Assembly: GCA_964252035.1 (NCBI GenBank)
Contig: OZ176214.1
From: Podarcis erhardii
Lineage: Eukaryota
Strand: one strand, 5' to 3'
DNA length: 64,000 bases
A program made the position numbers and the translations under genes. The notes under the pieces are model-generated. The model did not search any database. It saw only the letters and a program-made list of their open reading frames with translations, and had not been told where the DNA came from. This document shows, piece after piece, positions 12,955 to 23,960 of the stretch (its first letter is position 1; every line of letters begins with the position of its first letter).

Positions 12955-14401
12955 GTAAAGTATGCAAGGGTGATAGTGGTTTATTGTCTGAAGGAGGACA
13001 TAATCCTTAAAGATCCAGGGTAAAGTAAGAAATATGCACCAGGAGTCAATCTACATGATAAAAGAGAGAAGAAGCAAAAAACAGCACAGCAGCTAAATTT
13101 TAGAGGGACCTCCCTGGGGGATTTCTTTGCCATAAGCTGATTCCCTCTTGCATTTTGGCACAAATTGTAACGTTTTATCACGTGTTAAGCTTTGTCTTTA
13201 TCCTTCCATAATTTCCTGTGTCTTCTAGTTTATAGCATGGTATGGTAAGACATACATACACATATGCTGATTACTACCACTTGTAAGCGAGTCTGCCAAA
13301 ACCACAGGCTTCCCTCCTTTTCTCACATCGTGTATTTGAAGATGTACAAAATAGTCCAAAAACATGTCAACCTGTGGTTTTTAGGAGGACTTTCCAGTGT
13401 ACCACTATTATCCCCATCGCAGTACACGTAAATTATCAGCTGAAAATATTTGTCACTGAAATTTTTTTGATTCTACAGAACAGAAAACTTCACTGTGGCC
13501 AGAAGAGAAAATACGTTCTCTTGTGTCCTCCTTAGACACTATCTCCTAACATAAACCTTAAATAGTGGCAAAAAGATTTAATGAGTTTCAACTGCTACAG
13601 CCAGCCAATTAGTAAGAATAGATTACTCTAGGAGAGCTGCTTTTCTGCATTAGGAATCTTCAGACATATGGGAAGTACACTTCCATTTATGTTTAACTAG
13701 GTACCTTTTGTTTGGCTTATTTCCTTCACCGACTTAGCAAGGCTACCTTCCTCCTTCTAAGACATTTTGGCTCTAGATATGTATTTCCTCGTCACATCAC
13801 ATAAGAACTTCACTGCTGGTAAAGCCATACATTTTTGGGGGGGGGGGGGAAGGAGTGACACAGTAATATAGTTTTACCAGCCTGCATGTCTTGGCAGTTC
13901 TACAAAATAGGTGCCAAAGGAATTCTGTGGCAAAATGCTTATTCTCACAGGATGTGTATGTTACAACATGCATTGGTTTTAACTTTTATGGCTTCACTCA
14001 AAAGAACCTGGGAATTTTAGTGAAGTATTGATAATTATTTGTTATGAAATACCAACTGCCTTTCCTATCCCCCTCTTGCAGTACCACAGTTCCCAGAATT
14101 CTCTGTAAAGAGGTGATAACTGCTTTAACTTAGTAGTGTAGATTTGCCATCAGTGCGACTGCCTGGAAAATGAGAAAGCTTTGACATTTCTTCTGTGATT
14201 TATGTCAAGTGCCCTTCATATGTATGTGGTTGCTAGCCACATCTATAGCATTCATTCAAGTTCTCTTGGGATGCAGGTTTTAGAGGGAAGAAACACTTAC
14301 ATACTGTCTTATAGCTGTAAGATCAAATATTCTGTATTTTGTCTTATTAAGTATATGTATAAGGTGAAGAAGAGTATTTTGCATTTTTGTGGCGAATCTT
14401 T

Positions 14402-15072
14402 GGGCTGTATCCGATGTTAGTCCTACTCAGACCCATGAAAATTGATGGCTATGACTAACTTAGGCACATTAATTTTATTTTATTTTTTTAAAAGATATTT
14501 ATTAAGATTTTGCATAGTAAAACAAGTATCACAATCAAACAAAACAAAGGAAAAAGACAATAAAAAACAGCACAATCCAACAGGCACATTAAAGCACAAT
14601 AAAAGACATAAGAGAAAAAAGAAGAAAATGATAAGAAAGAACAAAAAACAAAGAAAAAAACAAAAAATCTAGTTTTTTGCTTATTGTCTTTATAACCCTC
14701 TTTCCTGACTTCCTCACATCTCCCTTTTCTGTGTTCCCCTTTACACAATCAAATTCAGCAATTCCTTACCCTCTTTCAAATCTTATTCAATATTATACAT
14801 TTCAACCTATTATGTCTTCGGTTTTCCTTTCCTTTTAAGTTTAGTTTTGACATAATTTTACTCTGGTCTTTTCACCCTTTTTTCTTAAAACATTTTTGCA
14901 TATTCCTTTTAACTATGTCACTGATGCCATATTATCTTTATATCCAACATCATTTTAACATTCAAACATTTTACAATGTTTTTGGAGATATTCTTTGAAC
15001 TTCTTCCAGTCCTCTTCCACTTAGGCACATTAATTTTAATGGGTCTGCTCTGAGTAGGACATTGGATACACC
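14402..15072. repeat. Palindromic MITE-like element split by the L1 insertion
   Basis: Left arm gggctgtatccgatgttagtcctactcagacccat; right arm atgggtctgctctgagtaggacattggatacaccc; the arms are reverse-complementary. Confidence 0.72.
14478..15018 (-). mobile_element. 5'-truncated L1 (ORF2 C-terminus, 3' UTR, A-rich tail)
   Basis: Minus strand EDWKKFKEYLQKHCKMFEC* followed by an A-rich tail; 20-bp TSD acttaggcacattaatttta at 14458-14477 and 15019-15038. Confidence 0.8.
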
Positions 15073-17516
15073 CATTTGTGTTCAATGTAAAAAAACCTAG
15101 GGAAATGACTTGCAGTATCCCAAGTGTCTGTGTGCTATGAAATGACAAAACCTTGCTTGCTTTGAGAATACCATTATTCAGTTGATTTTTAAAGCACTAT
15201 TATTCTCTTGATTAGATTCTAACAATTTTTAAAATATCAAGTAAGTTCTTGTTCAACTGTCAGCTTAATTCCAGCAACTTCAGCATGTTGCTAATGGAAG
15301 TTTGGCAGAAATATTTAAACACAAGCAGGCATTGATTTATTCCCAACTTTGTTATATCTAAGCTTGTTATTCTACTGTCCATTTATGTGCATGCTTAACT
15401 GGGAGCACATGGAATATTTCACATGCTTTTAGTACATGTGTAGCCAACTTCAGAACTAAAAACAAAATAGTTTAAATAGTTTGGGATGCTTCACACATAA
15501 TGAAAAGCTTAGATTAGCCAGGTTTGTAATGCACTAGGTCACTAGCAGCTGTTTTCAAGGCGTGTACATTTCTTAATTTCTGAAATATATATGTCTATAT
15601 GTCAAAGTAATGCATGAAATAAACCCAGTTAAATTTGTCATTGCAAAATTTCTATAACCAAGAGGGCAACCTATATCTTGCAGGCTGCATAAAGTGCTAT
15701 ACCAGTCCCAGTTCCCTCTGCCTGTTTCTCATCTAGTGTTCTAACTAAATCATGGGTGCTTAATTTGAACCCCAGGGACACACCTGCCATTTCCAACTTC
15801 ACACACCCAACATACTGCATTTATGGAGCAAATTGAGTCTTTCAACCTTTTGTGCACTGATGTCTTACTATGTTAATGCTGTGATGTTGTGTGCATTACG
15901 GGGAATTGCCTGTTTTGTTGCAGTGGAATATGCTTGCTGTATTGCATTGGAAAGATGTCATTTAGAGTGTGGGTGTAGAATTGGGTGGACTGCCCAGAAG
16001 ATATATTGAGCTAAAAGGCTTTTTGTAGCCCACTGATGCTTGGATCTGGGGGTCTGTCTCAGGAAAGCAGAGTAGCTAGGTCTGGTGTGAGAAGTGGTAC
16101 TGTGGTACTGGATTCAAATCCTGGTTTCTTCAGGGTTTCTTTATTTTTATTTTTAAACAGATAACAAGTGATGAGAAACACCACTGTCAGTGAAAGGAAA
16201 GAATAAAAGGTTAGATGAACAAACAGTCTGGCTTGGTATAGGGCAGCTTCCTAACCTGGGTGGGAAGTGCATGAATGTATCAGACACTGGGATAAGTTGC
16301 AGTTGTGAATCAGGATGTTTCTGAGATTAGACAGCATTGAGTTGCTGATCCAGGCAGAACAGAAGTAGCAGCAGAGAGCAAGGCAATGTAGGACTTAGAG
16401 CTCATCCAGATTTCCTCTTGGCCCCCATTTTCCCCCAGGAAAACTCTATGTTTACCACTGAATTGGAACAAATGTCAGTTGGGTTTTCAGTGGGTTGATG
16501 TTTGCACCAATTCAGTGCTAAAGAGTGGGTTTTCCTGGGGAAAGTGGGGAGGGGGGCAAACAGAGAACCACTTGGACCCATGCCTAGAAAGCATGGGACA
16601 AGTGGAAAACTGCTTAGACCCAGGAGCATAGTGTGGGGAATGCCGGGGGGCCTGGCCCCAGGGACAGATTTTTGAAAGGGTGTGAGGGAGCACATCAAGG
16701 CTCTTCCATGGCAAGCTCCCTCGCTTTCCAAGCTGCTCCTGAGCCAAGCCTTCAGGGTTGGGGCAATGGCAGTGCCTCCTTCACTTTGTGGCCGTCAAAG
16801 GGACGCCCCTGCGTGCCCTGACGCCCCTTTCCCCCATCCTGGGCTGACTAAGAGGAGGTGGCCCCCATTGAGGAGAGGTGAGAGGTTATGGCAGCCTCCT
16901 CCTCTAGCTTTGAGCCTTTCTCCCTCCACTCGCCTCACTCACCGCCGACTCAAACAACTGCAGCTTGGTCAATGGTGAGAGCTTGGACGGGTGCAGCCAC
17001 TCTCCATGCCCACCCCCTTAGCACTGTGCCCCAGGCACTGAGAACCTGCACCATGTGGCTGCTTGGGCCCATGCTTCCTAGGCATTGAGCAAGCAGAAGT
17101 GTGGATGAGCCCAGAGTATGACTGAAATAGATGAAGGGAAGGTGAATTGGAATAGAGCAGAGCAGGTGCAATGGTGTAAGCAGAAACAAGTTGCTTTGTT
17201 GTCTTGTTCCAAAAACTGTGACAGGGAGTACTTGTAGGATATATGTAGTATGAAACACACAGGATTGAATGAAACACTGCCTTTTCCTTTTAAAGTATTG
17301 TGAAAAGAGAAGATACTTCACAGTGTTTGCTATATCCATTTTCAGGTACAGGGTTATGGCTGATTCTGTGGACCGTTTAAAATTTGTTGCAACCCCTTAA
17401 CCTCCTTAGCAAAACAGTATTCAGCTTAAAGAAATTTACTGCTTTCCTGTGTTCTAACTAATTAAATTTTCATTTTGCAGAATGTTAATAGTTTTACTTG
17501 ACCTTTCTTTTTTTAG

Positions 17517-17643
17517 CTTTTGAATCGCAAAGACAAGGCCACCTTTGAGAAGCTAGACTACTTAACGTCTAAGGAAGATAATTATAAGAGGATGCGGGAA
17601 TATATCAGATGTTTAAAGATGGTCCCCTGTATTCCTTATCTAG
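17517..17643 (+). CDS. RALGPS1: RALGPS1 internal coding exon (CDC25/RasGEF domain); host gene of nested ANGPTL2
   Basis: Acceptor ctttctttttttag and donor G|gtaagt flank a 127-nt exon (phase 0 to 1) reading [42 protein letters not shown](G). The residues LLNRK, LDYL, REYIR and KMVP match RALGPS1 rather than RALGPS2 (from memory). Synteny with ANGPTL2 agrees. Confidence 0.93.
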
Positions 17644-20600
17644 GTAAGTCTAATTGTTATCTATCAAATATAGTCTTCAATTAGATGCCTTTTCTGTTTC
17701 TGACTAACAAGTAAGCCCAGGCATGTCAGATCCAAACCACAGGTTAAACCAGTGTGGTTCAGTTAACCAGTGTTGTGAAGAAGTTTTACAAGTGGTAATG
17801 TGGCCATTACTTCTGCTATGCGATGAGGAAAAAGTCACTGTGGTCTGAGCTGTAGGGAATGTGAAAGAGGCACTACAGAATGGGCCCATTATCCTAGCAC
17901 AGAGGTTCTCTCATGATGTTGCTACATTGGTGCCTTGAAAACATACCCAAGGCCACTGGCTGATGGAAAATTCCTGCTTGGCCTAAATATGGTGAGTTTT
18001 ATGCTCATCTGTCAAGTTTTCTTCAGAATAAAAATGTTTGGGGTGCAACTGTCTATGATTGTTCTTGATTCTACAGAAGAATAGAGGGGGGTACTTAAAT
18101 GGTAAACATATTCTTATGTAAAGGAACTGGAATTAGGCAAAATATATTCTTCCTTTGTGATCAGTTTCTTAGAAATTTATATCTTAATGCACTTCTCAGA
18201 GTTGTTATCTTTTAGTAGTATCCTCAGATTAAGGTAGTTCTACAGCAAGGGTTGGTTATCTGTGGGCCTAATCCTGCCCACCAAAGCCTGTCAGAGTGCT
18301 GTATAACCAGGAAGCGCATTCGGAACTGCTCCAATATTTCCATCACCAGTCTCTGGAAACAGCACATCAGAGTTCTCCTTTCTTTTCCTTGGGCCCTTCT
18401 ATTCTCATTGGCACCAGAATAGAAGAGATGCTGGCATTGTCAAATTGGGCTGGGCTCTTTTTAGTTGTGATATATTGACCCAGAAATACCTTCCTCGGGG
18501 AGGCTTGTTTGGTGCCAAGCTTCATATGCTTTTAGTTGTTTTATAACTAACCAGGTATTTTATTTAAGCCTTCTGCTTTTTAAATTTTCTGTTTCAATTA
18601 CTGCTGCTTTGTTGTTCTTACTATGTTTTTCTACTGATTTATCATTTTCTTTTGTTTTAAATTGTTTGGAAGCTCCTTTGAGAGCTCTTCAGACGAAAGC
18701 AGAAAAAAAAGATACATGTATACTAATACAGCATCCAAATTATAGAATTACCTGGAAACAAACCTTATGAATGTCTTAATGTTGCGGAAGAATATATTTA
18801 TTCAGGAGTGTTAGACTCCTGCATAGGATGCCACAAAGATTACAAATGAATGCCACAATAAAAAAGAAAAATACTGGCAGGGTGGGAGGCAGATACTGGT
18901 GTAATGGATCAAAAGTAGTAATGGTTGTTGCAGATATTTCGTTGCAAAGCTCTACCTCACTGTTTAAAGAAGCTCATTGTAAAAACAACATAGACTCCCA
19001 TGTTTGCATAGACCTCATCAAATACTACTATTTGAATGTAGGGAAAAGTTCCTTTGCTTTTGCTGTTCTGTGCATGCTTTGGCTTCAACCCCATTATATA
19101 CATGCATAGATATGTTTCTGTGTTTAGGACTTCTCTCTCTGCATTTTAAAAAACCCCAAATACTTTGATAATCCTCACTTTTGTAGTTATGTCTCCTAAT
19201 GGTGAGTTAAGGGTGTTTTTTTTTGTTAGGAGGGCATTCCTTTCACCAGTTGCAAGTGTTCTGTGCAATTTGTCATGTTGCAAGGGATTATTGGAGTGCA
19301 GTGACAAGTGTGGATCAAATATGTGAGAGGGAAGATGCTCCCCCCTCCCTTTCCCTCTTCCTTTTATCTCAGAAAATAGTTGACTGTACATGGGCAGGAG
19401 ATTGCTAGGAAGCATGTGCCCATACTGCTTATTAGTCAGTTTTGCATACGTATTTCTTTTCAGAGTCTCCTCCACTGATGATACCAAGGGACTATTATGC
19501 TTAATTTGTAACCTCAAAGTTTTTAAATTTCATATGAGTCAGTCTTCATGGTAAAGGGATATGTTAAGCGTCAAAAGGAATTATGAGCAAAGTCTATAAA
19601 GAATGGCGGTTATCCTATACTACCCACTCCTTTATAAGGACATTGGAAGGATAGCGGGAAAGAGGGCTGTGCTCCTTGACAAGAAGCATTTCTCTTTCCA
19701 CTGTTACTTGGTTCAGAAGACCTGCCAATGCCCTGTTCCTTTAACCATATTCTGCTGTGCTTTTCCTACCCCTATATCTTGGCTATATGTAATGCTACAT
19801 ATCATATTTCCAGTTTACGTTTGAGTTCTTGCTTAAGTACCCAGTTACCCTTTTGCTTATAATTCCTAGTCTCCATGGTTTTTCCTGCTGTGGTTTTTCC
19901 ATTTTTGCTTTGTTAGTATTACATACTAGTTTCTGATTTTTTTTAAAAAAATATCCAGGATCTAGTGATCTCATTCTTATCCTTATGGGTATTTGCCATA
20001 GTACCAATAAAGCAAATAGTGCATTTTGTTTTGTTTCTCTGCTTCATTGAACTCAATTAACTGTCATAACCTCAAGAAACAAGGATGTGTGTGGTATGCA
20101 GAAAACTAAGCATATTTCACAACCCTTAAAATGTGGTTTTTAATGCTGTGTAACAACCTTGCTTTTTGCATCGTCTCATTCAGCATTTGAAAACACACGT
20201 CTTATAAAGGCCTGCCAAGAGAGTGAAGTGCAACTGGGTAGTTGCTGCAGCTGGGGTGGCATGCAATGGAAAAATAACAGGGCTGGAATTAATGAAGTAG
20301 TATTAACATCAAAGGAACTGTGCATATTTCTAGGGTATTCTCTGTCTGTAATTTTTATAGCTGGAAGGAGAAAGGAAGGGAGGGGAAACACTAGATTCAT
20401 ATTCAGGGTTATGAGGTTCATTTTTAGTTGAACACAGCACAATTTTGTGGTTTGAGGAAACAGCAGCTTTTGAGAACTTTCTTATAAAGATTCCAGAACC
20501 TTTTCCAAGACACATAAGTTTTCATTCTTTTGGCCAGCCACCTCAATTATATATTGCCAGTGGATACTATCTTGCTTGCCCTTATCATAGGTCATTTCTA

Positions 20601-21614
20601 GGTTATTATACTGTATACAGTTAAGATAGATGAGAGATGAATGTAAGAGTTGGCTCATACTTACCATCAGAATACATGGATAACCTTGACTTCATACATA
20701 TGTACAGCATATGAATTTTAGATATTGGGATTATAAAATGTGGCAAAAGGTAATTCTGCCAGTTAAAATTCCTGTTCGGTTAATATTTTGTTGCTGCCCC
20801 CTCATATGCAAGAGTTTTGCATATTTTCCTTCTGTTGTTACTAAGGAAGGTAGTGAGCTTTTGTAATTGATTTCATTGCAAACCATACTAAATTCAAATT
20901 TTAAAAACTGGCTTTTTTAACTTTTAGAAAGCATATGTATATGCATATAAATATATATTGCATACATTACCCATATGTTCAAGTCCACTTTTTATTCTAA
21001 AAACAGGAATCTTTTGACTGAGCAAAAAATAAAATTTTGGCAGTGTTTTCCTGCAAATATAGAAAGCTTCCAAGAGGTTCGCCCAGATTCAAATTTAAAA
21101 GGCTCTTCTTTCATATTGGCATATGTTACTTGTAGATATACATTGCTCTATCTGCCTGAATGAAGGAGACAGAGCTTCTTTTGTTTCTGTTGTTTGGGAT
21201 CTTCTGAATGTAAAAGGTGATATGTTATTGTACACTGCTGTATCTTTGGCAAAGCCTCTTAACCCATATCCTTCCCAGGCAACAGTGATGTGAAATAATT
21301 GTAGTTATTCATAATTGTGCTTCTGATCACACACTTCAGGGTACCTCATATTTCTTTTTGAGGGAAGGAGTGAGGGAGTGTTTGGCAAAGCTTTGGGGTG
21401 TCCCTCAGCATCCTTTTTTTTCTTGGGAAGAATTCTTGGGCTTACCAAGCTTTCCCCATAAAACCTGCCCATTCTAATTATTCCACGTTTGTGCATTACA
21501 TCACATCATTACTGATTCTTCTTTTGGCAGGGCAGAACCCCTTTAGCATGAACTTCTGCTACTCTTACCTGATCTGCTCCTCATGGTGAATGACCCCATA
21601 ACTTTCTGTGTCTG

Positions 21615-23596
21615 TGACTGGCACCGACTATGCATGAGCCGTAAAGGCCTTGTTTATGGTACATTTGTAGTCTGCACAGATGCGGACCGAGCCTTTGGGC
21701 TTGGCGGGTGTGGCGATTGGGGTTTCATGGGGGGCATTAGGCACCGGCTCGAGTACTCCTTGCTCCATGAGCCGGTCTAATTCCTCGTCAATTTGGGGTT
21801 TAAGGGCGAACGGGACCTGGCAGGCCTTGAACCTGATGAGTTGTACAGCGGGGTCTAGTTGTAGGCCAATGGGGGGGGGCAGTATATCATCCCAATGCCC
21901 CATCAAAACCTCCGGAAACTCTTTGCAGATGGCGCCCACGTCCACGTGGGAGCTGGTGCGGTTCACCCCAGTGATGGCTAGTCCCAGTGGCCCAAACCAC
22001 GCCAACCCTAGTAAGCTAACGTAGGGTCCCTTGACCACAATCAAGTCTGATTGCCGCTTCAACCCTCGATATTGTACATTGAAGGTTCCCACCCCCATTG
22101 TGGGGAGGGGACCTTGTGTTTTTGGAAGTCCTGGAGGGTTAATGGGGCTGGCCTAAGGTTGGGGCCGCCACTGGGACACAATTTCCTTAATGTCCGTGCC
22201 AAGATTATGGACAGGGTTGAGCCTGTATCAAGCTCCATGAGGAATGGGACTCCCTCTATCTGTACCTCGATGTAATTTTTTTCTGCATTAGAATGAGGCA
22301 ACTGGTATACCTAACAGTCTGTGATCTCCGTTGAGTTGCCTTGGTGTGTTGGACTATAGGGCCTGGGACTCTTGGGTCAGCCATCTGATGCAAGGCGTCG
22401 GGCAGGGCGGGCGCAGCACACCCAGGCAATGTGTCCCACTTTTCTGCATTGTCGGCATTCTGCGTTGTGGAAATGGCAAGTCCTCCGCTCTTGGCTCTCC
22501 TCACAGCTTGCACAGTTCCCCTCTTCCGGACAAGGCTGTCGTGGTGGGCGTGCAGTTTGTGTGCACTGCTGCACTCGGTGCACATCCTCCCGGTTGGATT
22601 CTGAGTTGTTGGTGAGGTTCTTATGGTGGACCCTTGGTTGGGACAACGCATTTGACTGGAATCCTTGCACTGACTTCTCAGCGGCTTCAGTTGTAGAGCC
22701 TCCTCTAGGGCGACCTGGAACTTCAGGTCCTTCTTAGCATAGAGACGCCACTGCAGCTTCTAATTCCTCAGGCTGCTCACGAGGCAGTCGCGGAGCATGT
22801 TCTCCAGCTCTGTGAAGTTGCAGAGCCGGGCAGCCTGGTGGAGGGAGGTCACATACCTGGTTATGGTTTCTCTGGGGGCCTGCCACTTTGCGTAGAAGGT
22901 GTTGCGACATGCTCCCACCAAGGGCTGTGGCAAGAAGTGCCCCTTCAGCCGTTCCATTATCATGTTGTAGGGAATGGTAGCGATATTTGTGGGAGTGAGG
23001 AGGGCTTGGCCAATCTCAAACGTTTCTTCTCTACAGACGCTGAAGAAGGTCGCCATCTTCTTGGCTGCATCAGTGACGTCCTTTGCCTCCAGGAGGAACT
23101 GGAAGCAGGTGGCATATCCTTCCCAGTCTCCTGAGGCTGGGCCGAACGGCATGAAGCTGTTGTCTGTTGCCATTCTGGGTCTTTGGGTCCCAGAGCTGTA
23201 GCCTGGATGTGCGGTGCAATTGTGTGTGCAGTGCGCGGCAGACAGCTCAGCAGGATCTCACCTTCGTCACTGGTGAAATATACTTGGAGTCCTGCAGTGA
23301 TTTCATGCTCTTTATTGCAGCTGGTAAAACAGCGATTGAATTTCCCCGCAAACCTCAGGCTTTTATATACATTATTTACACAATGAGTCCTGTCTGATTG
23401 GCTGATTCTGCTTCCCTCCTGGAGCCTGATTGGTCTGCTCCTGCAGGCTAATCAGTTGTTGCATTCTACGATCCTACCAGCCTAATAGGCTGATTAACTT
23501 CCTCCTGGAGCCTGATTGGTCTTTTCCTGCAAGCCAATCAATTGTTGCATTCTACGATCCTACCTGCCTATTGTTCTAGTATCCAAGCTTAGTACA
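21615..23596 (-). mobile_element. 3'-truncated Ty3/Gypsy LTR retrotransposon: 5' LTR, gag, protease, start of RT (frameshifted)
   Basis: gag from ATG 23173 (MATDNSFMPFGPASGDWEGY...LKGHFLPQP...MLRDCLV); knuckle CRQCRKVGHIAWVC (CX2CX4HX4C); protease MELDTGSTLSII; RT start VPFALKPQIDEELDRL...SVRICADYKCTINK. No RNase H, integrase or 3' LTR seen. Confidence 0.92.
23271..23596 (-). repeat. 5' LTR of the Gypsy element
   Basis: Starts TGTACT at 23596; TATA-like TATATAAAA near 23361-23369; AATAAA 23311-23316; ends near ...tttcacca followed by a degenerate PBS-like gtgacgaagg; internal tandem duplication of about 88 bp. Confidence 0.75.
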
Positions 23597-23722
23597 TAAA
23601 AATCTGTAATGTCGTACTGATATCTGCAACACACCTGGTCCCCATCCTTTTCACCAATAATATAATGGAGCTGCAACCACCTCTCGCAGACAGCTTCTTC
23701 TTTTATTTTATTTTACAGCGTC

Positions 23723-23960
23723 TCACATCCATCTTTGAATATATGCCACTTCATGTTCTTTCCAGCATTCTCTGTTGTTTGTTTGCTGCATCCACATCAT
23801 AAGCCCTACTGTTAGTTCTAGGTCATCTACCCACCACATAGGTGATTGTCTCTTTAGTCTTTTAAAATTGTAGGGGCTCGACACTAGCACTGCTTTATTC
23901 CACCGACCCGAGTTGTCTCTTGCCAGAAGCCCTGTGTATGTACATTTCAACTTTGCGACC
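23723..23960 (-). mobile_element. RTE-clade LINE 3' ORF remnant
   Basis: ...KRLKRQSPMWWVDDLELTVGLMMWMQQTNNRECWKEHEVAYIQRWM* resembles the RTE C-terminal motif (R.RP..RW.DD....W...A.DR..W......Y.Q.W). Confidence 0.65.

Noticed and set aside
14442-14748. Lys-rich and Phe-rich ORFs
   Set aside because: Translations of the A-rich L1 3' UTR and tail.
1-17516. Preceding RALGPS1 exon (expected ...SALQSAPIFRLTKTWA) and, after 55.7 kb, the following exon (IYLLDLIYIDSAYP...)
   Set aside because: Not found by eye on the plus strand. They probably lie outside the window, but a tBLASTn should confirm.
23400-23572. Direct repeats here and at 27315-27369 and 45405-45463 as CRISPR-like arrays
   Set aside because: Only two copies each, no unique spacers, no cas genes, eukaryotic context. 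They are local duplications.
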